Shown one piece after another: positions 1-7,574 of a stretch of DNA of 28,054 nucleotides. The position numbers and the translations under genes are program-made. Each line of letters opens with the position of its first letter. Positions within the stretch are counted from its first letter, which is position 1. Source of the DNA: a virus. Its lineage: Duplodnaviria; Caudoviricetes. The stretch lies in the IMG/VR virus record IMGVR_UViG_3300025502_000114, positions 1-28,054 of that record. The stretch is one strand, 5' to 3'. The notes beneath the pieces are model-generated. The model was not told the DNA's origin, did not search any database, and saw only the letters and a list, made by a program, of their open reading frames with translations.

Positions 1-471
1 AGATATAGTCGTACTAATTTTTCCAAATGCTTCTTCTAAATTAGTAAATAGTCTGCTAAGTTCTTCTGTATCAGCACCTTGTATGATGCTACCAATTATG
101 AATGCCAATGGGCCAAAGCGCAACAGCAATTTACTAAAGCTTAGAAACGAGGTTAAAAATCCACCTAGGATTGGTATACTAGCTAAAGCAGCACCTATCC
201 CACTAAACATACCACCAATACCACTGAATAAGCCACCGCCTGAGCTACCAGATCCGGCTTGACTAGTCTTTGTCTTTACTTTCCTTGCGGCTTCACTATT
301 AGCTTCTAGCTGTTCTTTATTATTAAAGCGATCACCTAAACGGTCTGTAGCTAACGATGATATTAGTTTTTCAATATTATTTGATGTATTCCTAACACCC
401 TCATCGGTTGAATGCAGAATATCGTTTTGATTTACTAATGTGGTATTGATGGTTGATAGAGTTACGGCCAT
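1..471 (-). CDS. Probable tape-measure / baseplate hub (gp29-position) protein, 5' part only (runs off the window)
   Basis: Not in the ORF track. Hand translation from ATG at 471 is open for 157 codons: MAVTLSTINTTLVNQND...GGGLFSGIGGMFSGIGAALASIPILGGFLTSFLSFSKLLLRFGPLAFIIGSII... An AAGGA SD lies upstream. Helical N-terminus plus a Gly-rich hydrophobic stretch, directly downstream of gp26/gp51. Confidence 0.55.
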   Translation of the reverse strand, partial: MAVTLSTINTTLVNQNDILHSTDEGVRNTSNNIEKLISSLATDRLGDRFNNKEQLEANSEAARKVKTKTSQAGSGSSGGGLFSGIGGMFSGIGAALASIPILGGFLTSFLSFSKLLLRFGPLAFIIGSIIQGADTEELSRLFTNLEEAFGKISTTIS

Positions 472-474
472 TTT

Positions 475-660
475 TTATCCTTGATTTGCTGCTTTATTGC
501 GGTCATTCTTTTCTTTAATATCTTCCATTAGCATGAACAAATAGATTTCTCTCTCCCAAGGTAACATTTCTTCTATCTCAGATAATGAGTAGTGAAAGTT
601 TTGTAGTAGTTGGAAATTTACTTTATAGTAATTCTCCAACGTTTCATGAGAGAGGCACAC
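475..660 (-). CDS. gp51: gp51-like baseplate hub assembly protein (C-terminal module); possibly made only as a -1 frameshift extension of gp26
   Basis: LENYYKVNFQLLQNFHYSLSEIEEMLPWEREIY matches the short gp51-like ORFs of T4-like marine phages. Its GTG start overlaps the gp26 TAG and has no properly spaced SD. Confidence 0.8.
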   Translation of the reverse strand: MCLSHETLENYYKVNFQLLQNFHYSLSEIEEMLPWEREIYLFMLMEDIKEKNDRNKAANQG

Positions 661-684
661 TAAAAAAAATCTTCAAGGCCCTCC
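660..684 (-). other. Putative programmed -1 ribosomal frameshift signal (internal SD GGAGG, 10-nt spacer, slippery T TTT TTT)
   Basis: The minus strand reads TTG GAG GGC CTT GAA GAT TTT TTT TAG TGT GCC. GGAGG is at 684-680, the heptamer at 669-663, and the -1 frame continues TTA GTG TGC CTC into the gp51-like ORF. Confidence 0.65.
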
Positions 685-1379
685 AATGTTCTTACGTTTT
701 CGTGCTGGCAATTGGCACACTTAAATTTAACTTCTTGTTTAATCTTTGGCAGTGATTCAATAAACTTATTAATCTTTTCAAACTGCTCAGATGTAAGTGA
801 TTCAATAAATGTAATAACTTCTTCACGAGGTTCATCGGCAATTTTAATTGCTTCATCTTCAGTTAACACCGTATCAATGCACGACACCACAATATCAGTA
901 AGTGATTCAACACTTGATTTTGAATCATCAAATATTTGCATATTCTTAATAAAGTAACCATAATCAGGGTATTTCATTTTCACAGAGATGGTGTCCGTGA
1001 TTTTAATAACTGATTCAATATCTGTTGGTATATCAACCCTTGCTTTAGAGATATCCACATTCACTTCGTTCTGTGTATCACATTCATTACAATCAAATAA
1101 CAATTGTGTGTTTTCACCAACAGACTTGGCTCTAATTTGAGCAAACAAGTAATCGATATCAAAGGTTGACAACTTATACACATCAATCTCATCAGCCACA
1201 CATGATTCAATTGTATCGATCATTGCTCTGATCATTGCTGTCTTATCTTTTGACTCATATGCAATCAAAAGTGTTTTTTGTTCCTTTACAAGGAACGGTC
1301 TGAATCTAATCTTCTTCTTTGTAGAAGGTACGACTGCATCATACTTGGGTACCGAGTTAGCAATAATAGGTAAAGCCAT
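660..1379 (-). CDS. gp26: Baseplate hub subunit / assembly chaperone gp26
   Basis: MALP...PSTKKKIRFRPFLVKEQKTLL, FDIDYLFAQIRAKSVGE, two CxxC pairs (CNEC, CANC), C-terminal LEGLEDFF; AAGGA SD upstream. Confidence 0.85.
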   Translation of the reverse strand: MALPIIANSVPKYDAVVPSTKKKIRFRPFLVKEQKTLLIAYESKDKTAMIRAMIDTIESCVADEIDVYKLSTFDIDYLFAQIRAKSVGENTQLLFDCNECDTQNEVNVDISKARVDIPTDIESVIKITDTISVKMKYPDYGYFIKNMQIFDDSKSSVESLTDIVVSCIDTVLTEDEAIKIADEPREEVITFIESLTSEQFEKINKFIESLPKIKQEVKFKCANCQHENVRTLEGLEDFF

Positions 1380-1396
1380 AATAATTTCCTTTCATT

Positions 1397-2092
1397 TCAT
1401 CCAAAAATTTGTCCAGGGCTTAACGAGAAGCTCAAGAACTGTTGCGATGGTTTTACAACATCCCACGTGGTGTAGGATAACTGCACTGATACTTCAATCA
1501 GCCCATCTTGTTCATTCGAAAAATCAATCTGTGTAAGTGTCGTAGGAAATGCATCCACGAGCTTTACACTATAAACATTGCCACCACCAATGCCTATGTT
1601 AATACGTATTGGTCCAAGGCCTCCACTTAAGCCCACCAGCGGTTTTCTTAACTGATGAATGGTAACTGGTTTGGCGTAATTTACTTTATAACCTGGTTCG
1701 TGTGTTTTGCTATTATATGCCTGTTCCATCCACGCATCAAAATACGCTTTTGCACCATAGTCGTTTAAGAGATAAAACGACATTTGAAGGTCATCAACTC
1801 CGTAACCATAGGCTACCTTCTCGCCGATGTTACCAATCTGCCTGTTTGATGTAAATATTTGTTTACCTGGTAGCGTAACATTTTTGCACAACAGATTTAA
1901 TTCTTCAGTTGTTGCGGCGGCTCCACCACCGCCAAGGCCTGGAATGCTGGGAAGAAATGGTGTAATACTACCAAGCAATCCAGATAACCCACCGCCACTT
2001 CTGAGAGGAGGTAACTCTACTAAATAATTATTAGATCTAGCAAAACCAAGTTTTGCAGAGGCCATTCCTTTTAATTGATCAATACTAGCCAT
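1397..2092 (-). CDS. gp54: Baseplate tail-tube initiator gp54 (tail tube gp19-like fold)
   Basis: GFARSNNYLV, LNLLCKNVTLPGK, YFDAWM, YSVKLVDAFPT, VSVQLSY tube-like motifs; syntenic with gp2 and gp26. Confidence 0.75.
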   Translation of the reverse strand: MASIDQLKGMASAKLGFARSNNYLVELPPLRSGGGLSGLLGSITPFLPSIPGLGGGGAAATTEELNLLCKNVTLPGKQIFTSNRQIGNIGEKVAYGYGVDDLQMSFYLLNDYGAKAYFDAWMEQAYNSKTHEPGYKVNYAKPVTIHQLRKPLVGLSGGLGPIRINIGIGGGNVYSVKLVDAFPTTLTQIDFSNEQDGLIEVSVQLSYTTWDVVKPSQQFLSFSLSPGQIFG

Positions 2093-2700
2093 TACTTTAA
2101 TATCCTCATTCTCGAATCTTTATATACGTTTTGTGCTGTGGATTTTTTCCACTGAGCTGTTGGTAAGAATGCAGCTATTTCCCATTCAGGGGCTTCAACT
2201 CTAGCGAATCTGCCCTTCACATGGCTAGTCAAATAATGCTTAAAGCACGGTTCGTAAAATCTTAATTTCGATATTCTCTGTAATGTTTGGTAACGCACCC
2301 TAAACTTAGTGGTATCATCATACGCACGATTGTTTGTAATATCCATAAGACCATCTAGCATTTTTGCTCTTAAAATGGGAGGCAAGTAATGCAGGTTGAG
2401 ACCATAAAAGCCACCTGCTGCTGGACCTACCATAACAATTAATGGAAACTTATCATAAAACGGTAGTGTGTCTTTTGTCTTTGGATCATAAAAGAACATG
2501 AACATTCTACCAATTAAATCACGAGTGTATTTAGGCGTTTGCAATGCCAACTCTTTCTCGCGCATTAGTTGGGTGCGATTAATGCTTCCACCCCGCATTG
2601 TGGTAATTTTGCTTCTAAACCAATCTCTCGATTCACGTGTGCGTGGCGTGATACCGGCCCGGAATGCTTCTAGTTCTAATTTCTGAAATATTTGACTCAT
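2092..2700 (-). CDS. gp2: DNA end protector protein gp2
   Basis: GRMFMFFYDPKTKDTLPFYDKFPLI, GFYGLNLHYLPP, PCFKHYL, EWEIAAFLPTAQW are T4 gp2 hallmark motifs. Confidence 0.93.
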   Translation of the reverse strand: MSQIFQKLELEAFRAGITPRTRESRDWFRSKITTMRGGSINRTQLMREKELALQTPKYTRDLIGRMFMFFYDPKTKDTLPFYDKFPLIVMVGPAAGGFYGLNLHYLPPILRAKMLDGLMDITNNRAYDDTTKFRVRYQTLQRISKLRFYEPCFKHYLTSHVKGRFARVEAPEWEIAAFLPTAQWKKSTAQNVYKDSRMRILK

Positions 2701-2705
2701 ACGGA

Positions 2706-2713
2706 TATTTATA
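2706..2713 (-). promoter_or_regulatory. T4-type late promoter TATAAATA for the gp2 operon
   Basis: The + strand TATTTATA is TATAAATA on minus. It overlaps the gp4 stop and lies 5 nt before the gp2 ATG. Confidence 0.75.
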
Positions 2714-3209
2714 TGGATTTGCGACGTTTGTAAGGAGCTAGAGGCTTTAAAGGTTTTAATTTACCTGGCTGAGCTTTTGGCATGATACCCATATTACGAA
2801 GTGTATTTTCAGTCCATATCTGAAATTCCCAATTACGATCCTTGGCATACGATTTGGCAGCTTCCCATTTGTTTATATTCTTTATATATGTTAAGCCTTC
2901 ACCTATGTATTGTTTTGTTTTGCGTTTGCCTTCCGGAGGCCGAGTTTCTTTATCTGGTTTTATTTCGATTAAGTAAACTTTTCCATTTGACATTTTTATT
3001 TTTAAATCTGGAAAGTATCTATGGTATTTTTTATCGATATCATAGTAATAAGGCACGATGATTTCTTCGGAGCTCCACTCTAATACTTCAGCCGATATGT
3101 CACACCATTTAAAACAATGTTTTTCCCACATAGAACGATATACTACTTTACCTGGATCGCCTCTATACTTTTCTTTATTTGTTACTTTGTATCTACCTGA
3201 ATATGCCAC
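2709..3209 (-). CDS. gp4: Head completion nuclease gp4 (TnsA-like PD-(D/E)XK fold)
   Basis: MAYSGRY...KYRGDP..VVYRSMWE, WSSEE, HRYFPD, IEIKP, KWEAA, TE motifs of gp4/gp50. Confidence 0.93.
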   Translation of the reverse strand: MAYSGRYKVTNKEKYRGDPGKVVYRSMWEKHCFKWCDISAEVLEWSSEEIIVPYYYDIDKKYHRYFPDLKIKMSNGKVYLIEIKPDKETRPPEGKRKTKQYIGEGLTYIKNINKWEAAKSYAKDRNWEFQIWTENTLRNMGIMPKAQPGKLKPLKPLAPYKRRKSI

Positions 3210-3225
3210 AATTATTTTAAAACCC

Positions 3226-3233
3226 TATAAATA
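3226..3233 (+). promoter_or_regulatory. T4-type late promoter TATAAATA for the gp48 operon
   Basis: Exact consensus in the intergenic gap, about 40 nt upstream of gp48. Confidence 0.75.
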
Positions 3234-3253
3234 TTTAAAAGTAAATTCTGAAT

Positions 3254-3261
3254 TATTTATT
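3254..3261 (-). promoter_or_regulatory. Possible late promoter variant AATAAATA for gp4
   Basis: The + strand reads TATTTATT, one mismatch to consensus, upstream of the gp4 ATG at 3209. Confidence 0.45.
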
Positions 3262-3272
3262 AGAAAGATAAA

Positions 3273-4490
3273 ATGGACTTTCCGCCTCAAAACACAATAA
3301 GATTTCAACCAGGTAGAGGACACGTGCCCCCTGGAGATAGAACATCAACTGCGCTACAGAAAGAAGAAGCTGTAAGCGTAATATCGTCTCCAGCAGCAAA
3401 AACAAAATCTTATGGGCCTTACGTGTACCCTATTCACAACGCTGATAGGTTTCAAGGTAAAATCTCATTTTTACCCATTGAAGTGAATGTACCAAAATTT
3501 GCAATTACAGGTGAGAATTGGTCTGACTTTAGACTTTTTGCCGGAGATATGTCTGATGATCTTAAACAATCCGAAAACACCCCAGACATAACTGCTTCTG
3601 GTGACGTTGGTATTGGCGGACCTAATTCTGCAGGTCAACAAAGAAGATTTCAACCTGGCCGCGGGCCTGCCCAACAACCAGCGGCACAAGAATCAAGTAA
3701 TAGCACAAAGAGTATAGTCACATACACTCCGATGCCAGAGGAAAAAATTATATTGAATATGCCAATATCATATGTGGTAAACGATATGATTGGTTATGAT
3801 AATGCTGAGCTTGGTATTGGCGGTGCTGCTGCTTTAAACGGCCTAGAACGAACTGGTGAAATGGGCGCTGCGCTAGGTGCAGCATTAAACGCTGCCACGA
3901 CCTCTGTAACTGATTTGTTTAAACAGGGAATGGGTGCAAATGCTGCAAGGGTTGCATTTGCCCGTGGTGTTGCTGTTGCGCCTTTGTCAGCAGGCCTAAA
4001 AGCAGCAGGTAGCATTGCTGCACGTGTCGTAGTAAACCCTAATGTGAGAGCGACATTCCGTGGTGTGGCATTAAGAGAATTTTCTTTTCAATTTAAATTT
4101 ATTCCGTATTCAGCAGAAGAATCTAGAATGATTGCTGATATTATTAGGACATTCAGAATACATGCATACCCTGAAGCAATTTATGCAGGACCTGTCGCTA
4201 TTGGCTATAGATATCCTGATCTCTTTAAAATTAGAGTTCAATATAAAGGTAAAGATGTAGGCTCAAAAATCAAGATGTGTTACCTCAGGAATGTACAAAC
4301 GTCGTATAATCCATCAGCAGCAAGTTTTCATGCTGATGGCAGTCCCACAGAAATTGATTTATCATTAGTATTTACAGAACATACAACAATCAGCAGAGCA
4401 GATGTTAGCTCAGATGCTAAGAGCCAATTTGGTGGCCCTCCAGGCGGTGAGACCAGCATTGTCAGTTTTGATCAAGGAGATGGATATTAA
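3273..4490 (+). CDS. gp48: Baseplate tail-tube cap gp48
   Basis: NPNVRATFRGVALREFSFQFKFIPYSAEES, YRYPDLFKI, CYLRNVQTSYNP, DGSPTEIDLSLVFTE motifs; upstream of gp53. Confidence 0.85.
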   Translation: MDFPPQNTIRFQPGRGHVPPGDRTSTALQKEEAVSVISSPAAKTKSYGPYVYPIHNADRFQGKISFLPIEVNVPKFAITGENWSDFRLFAGDMSDDLKQSENTPDITASGDVGIGGPNSAGQQRRFQPGRGPAQQPAAQESSNSTKSIVTYTPMPEEKIILNMPISYVVNDMIGYDNAELGIGGAAALNGLERTGEMGAALGAALNAATTSVTDLFKQGMGANAARVAFARGVAVAPLSAGLKAAGSIAARVVVNPNVRATFRGVALREFSFQFKFIPYSAEESRMIADIIRTFRIHAYPEAIYAGPVAIGYRYPDLFKIRVQYKGKDVGSKIKMCYLRNVQTSYNPSAASFHADGSPTEIDLSLVFTEHTTISRADVSSDAKSQFGGPPGGETSIVSFDQGDGY

Positions 4491-5245
4491 TGTCTACGTA
4501 TTTTAATAATTTTCCCAGAACATTATATCGGTTTGGCGATGAAGATACAACAAATACAGTTCAAGATATTTCAACATATGTTGAGATTTTTGATGCCATA
4601 AAAGACAATGCTTCTGCTTACACATATTATCATATACAAGATAGAGAGCGGCCTGATCAAACCTCGTTTAAGCTATATGGTACTGTTGATTATTATTGGA
4701 CCTTTTTTGCCTTGAATGATAATATTCGTGAGCAAGGTTGGCCATTGTCTAATAGGGAGTTGTATAATAAAACGTTAAAAGATTTTCCAAATACAACTAT
4801 TACTACTAGAAATCTATTGGCATCAGTATTTAAAGTTGGAGAGACTATACAAGGACTAAGTTCTGGTGCTACAGCAACTGTTAATCACAGGCATATTGAC
4901 CTAGGGCAATTGGTGATTAATAATGTTTCTGGCACTTTTAAAACAGGAGAGACATTAGTTACTACTAGTGAAACGCCATTCATTGACGGTGTGCCTTTTA
5001 TTAGTAAAAATATTGTATTAAATTCTATCGGCGACGAGTACTTATCAGCACATCATTATGAAAATGTTGATGGAATACACGTCGATTTTGATCCTACAGT
5101 AGGTCCTGGTGCCACACTGACAGAAATAACTCATTTGGATAGATACATCAGAGTTAATGACAAGTTAAAAGAAATAAGAGTACTAAAGGCCAATGTTATC
5201 ACACAAGTATACGATGCATTTAACGATGCGTTGAGAAATTCATAA
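4490..5245 (+). CDS. gp53: Baseplate wedge protein gp53 (LysM-like)
   Basis: YFNNFP, YHIQDRERPDQTSFKLYG...YYWTFFALN, WPLS, HHYE, NDKLKEIRVLK. Confidence 0.88.
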   Translation: MSTYFNNFPRTLYRFGDEDTTNTVQDISTYVEIFDAIKDNASAYTYYHIQDRERPDQTSFKLYGTVDYYWTFFALNDNIREQGWPLSNRELYNKTLKDFPNTTITTRNLLASVFKVGETIQGLSSGATATVNHRHIDLGQLVINNVSGTFKTGETLVTTSETPFIDGVPFISKNIVLNSIGDEYLSAHHYENVDGIHVDFDPTVGPGATLTEITHLDRYIRVNDKLKEIRVLKANVITQVYDAFNDALRNS

Positions 5246-6577
5246 ATGGCATCAATTAAAAGCGGTGATCCTAGTCTAAGCAATAAAAGCTTTTACTTTT
5301 CAAGTATTGTACTTACTACTGATAGAATCGCCAATAAAGAATTTGATTTAGCGCCGGTGACTGTAGAATTAGAAATATTTGAAAATATTACGAACCCGTA
5401 TTTAACCGGCAATCTTGTGTTTATTGATTCACATAGTATTTTAGGCGGTGTTGATATTATTGGCGGTGAAAAAATCACTGTTACCATTCAGTCAACTAAA
5501 CCTGAAACATTCCCAATAGAAAAAACATTTTATATAAAAGCAGTTAACAATGCGAAAAGAGTTAATAATGCAAACGAAGTTATATCACTAAGTCTTATTG
5601 AAGATGTGGCTTTTATTTCAGCTTTACATAATGTGAATAAATCTTACAATGGCACTTGCGGTGAAATTATTAGTAGTATTGCAGATTCTTATTTAAGAAA
5701 AAATATTTCACAAGTCGGTGAGGATTTTCAACGTAAATTTAAAGTAATCATTCCTAACTTAGCGCCTCTTAGTGCTATACAATGGATTAAACGTAAAGCA
5801 ACAAATTCATTAGGATTTCCATTTTACTTGTATTCAACCCTAGTAGGTGATGATCTAGTGTTCACCGATTTAACATCGTTGATGGATCAAAACGCAATGA
5901 ACACTGCGCCATTCGGCACAGATCAATCTCAAGCAAATACTGGATCTAGTGTTGTAGCTCAAAGACGCACGGTACTCAGTTACGATTATTCTAATAACGA
6001 CGATTTGCACTCTTTAATTGCAGGTGGCGTGGTTGGTAGCAAACATATATCAATTGACACAATGACTGGTAGACCAAAAGAATTTAATTTTGATGTAAAT
6101 GCTGATGCACTTTTAAAATATAAAGCTGCACTTGTAACAAAAAACCTGCGGATGCTACCTTTTGATTCTGAATTTAAATACAACAATGAGTCATTGAGTA
6201 CATACAAATCTAGAACCATAGCACAAGTAATGTCTTCTGGTGCGTATATGACTGAAAGTTATAATAAGGATTTATCTTATAATCAAGAAGACACTACTGA
6301 AGGTTATAAAAGAAAAATTGTTTCAGAATCTATGTGGAATTTTTTATTAAAATCAGTATCGAGCTGGACAATAAACGGATTTGATTTTATTGATGGATAC
6401 CACAATACATCTATCGGAAGAGTAATTTATTTAAAAGTGTCTTCTAATACTGATGGTACCAATAGCGAAGATGCTAAACAATCAGGTGACCATTTAATCA
6501 TTGCTAGCCGACATAAGTTTACTACCGATGGGTATCATATAGCGATGTCTGGTGCAAAATTAGGGAGTGTTAAATAA
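5246..6577 (+). CDS. Probable baseplate hub protein (gp27-like)
   Basis: 443 aa between gp53 and gp5. ELEIFENITNPYLTGNL, IIPNLAPLSAIQWI and SGDHLIIASRHKF resemble gp27/gp44-type hub proteins. Confidence 0.6.
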   Translation: MASIKSGDPSLSNKSFYFSSIVLTTDRIANKEFDLAPVTVELEIFENITNPYLTGNLVFIDSHSILGGVDIIGGEKITVTIQSTKPETFPIEKTFYIKAVNNAKRVNNANEVISLSLIEDVAFISALHNVNKSYNGTCGEIISSIADSYLRKNISQVGEDFQRKFKVIIPNLAPLSAIQWIKRKATNSLGFPFYLYSTLVGDDLVFTDLTSLMDQNAMNTAPFGTDQSQANTGSSVVAQRRTVLSYDYSNNDDLHSLIAGGVVGSKHISIDTMTGRPKEFNFDVNADALLKYKAALVTKNLRMLPFDSEFKYNNESLSTYKSRTIAQVMSSGAYMTESYNKDLSYNQEDTTEGYKRKIVSESMWNFLLKSVSSWTINGFDFIDGYHNTSIGRVIYLKVSSNTDGTNSEDAKQSGDHLIIASRHKFTTDGYHIAMSGAKLGSVK

Positions 6578-7572
6578 TGACAATTCCATCCGCATATAGC
6601 GAATATTATGGCGACGAAACACGGTGGTTTATCGGGATTGTTCTTGATGTAAATGACCCGTTGCAACTTGGTCGGGTGAAAGTACGAATACATGGAATTC
6701 ACACGTCTAATATAATTGATATTCCACAAGGCGATTTACCATGGGCACAAACAGTTTTGCCTGTCACTGAAGGTGGTGTGTCTGGACTTGGTAATAATGT
6801 AGGTATTAAACCGCAATCCCAAGTGTTTGGCATTTTCTTAGACGGCAAAAATTCACAATTGCCTTTAGTGATGGGATCAATTCCAAAAATAGAATCATTA
6901 AGCGCTGCGGCCACTGCAGAAAGAAATGTACTTGATATAACAACTGGAAATGTAAAACCAGAAACCCAAAGGGGCACTTCACTTTCAAGAGCAGATCTAT
7001 CTTCTTTAGGCAATGGCTCTTATATACAACCTATGTCAGCGACTGGTGCACCCCCAACAGTGGTTATAACTAGTAATGGGCGTACGACATACTTGCAATG
7101 TCCTATTGATGAGAAACTACCTGGTCAATCTAATTCTGAAAAGGCATTTACTTTTTTCTTAACGCCAGAAGGTGGTGGATACACACCAATGCAATCGGCA
7201 GGTATTGTGGGAAACTTATTACAAGAGTCTGGTTTCGGCGGAGATATACAACCAGCGATTGTAAATTCAATCGGTGCAACAGGTATTGCGCAATGGCTAA
7301 ATACCAAATGGGAAAACCGAAGAGATAATATGAAAAACTTTTCGGCAGAAAGAAATATACCATGGTTCAGCGTGCTCGCGCAATGTTTATTCATCAAATA
7401 TGAACTTGATACATATAGTTACTTTGGTAAAAAAGGCATATTAAATTCTAGAACCGTAGATGAAGCTGTAGAAATATTTTGTCTTAAATATGAAAGACCT
7501 GGTGCGCATGAAGCCAACATACCGAAGCGTCAGAAATATGCAAGAGAACTTCTTGAGAAAATGGATTACTAA
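6577..7572 (+). CDS. gp5: gp5 N-terminal OB-fold fused to a phage tail lysozyme (Phage_lysozyme2-like)
   Basis: WFIGIVLDVNDPLQLGRVKVRIHGIH...DLPWA...VFGIFLDG..SQLPLVMGSIP is the gp5 OB-fold. AGIVGNLLQESG...GIAQW...Q..FIKYEL...F..KYERP is the lysozyme2 pattern, with the catalytic Glu retained. Confidence 0.85.
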   Translation: MTIPSAYSEYYGDETRWFIGIVLDVNDPLQLGRVKVRIHGIHTSNIIDIPQGDLPWAQTVLPVTEGGVSGLGNNVGIKPQSQVFGIFLDGKNSQLPLVMGSIPKIESLSAAATAERNVLDITTGNVKPETQRGTSLSRADLSSLGNGSYIQPMSATGAPPTVVITSNGRTTYLQCPIDEKLPGQSNSEKAFTFFLTPEGGGYTPMQSAGIVGNLLQESGFGGDIQPAIVNSIGATGIAQWLNTKWENRRDNMKNFSAERNIPWFSVLAQCLFIKYELDTYSYFGKKGILNSRTVDEAVEIFCLKYERPGAHEANIPKRQKYARELLEKMDY

Positions 7573-7574
7573 TA

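Noticed and set aside
660-662. TAG readthrough or stop-codon reassignment at the end of gp26
   Set aside because: In-frame readthrough hits TAA after about 13 codons and does not enter the gp51-like frame. Genes elsewhere are intact under the standard code.
2709-3209. gp4 as a TnsA transposase or mobile element
   Set aside because: The TnsA-like fold is the normal feature of T4 gp4, and the gene is in its expected context with no terminal repeats.
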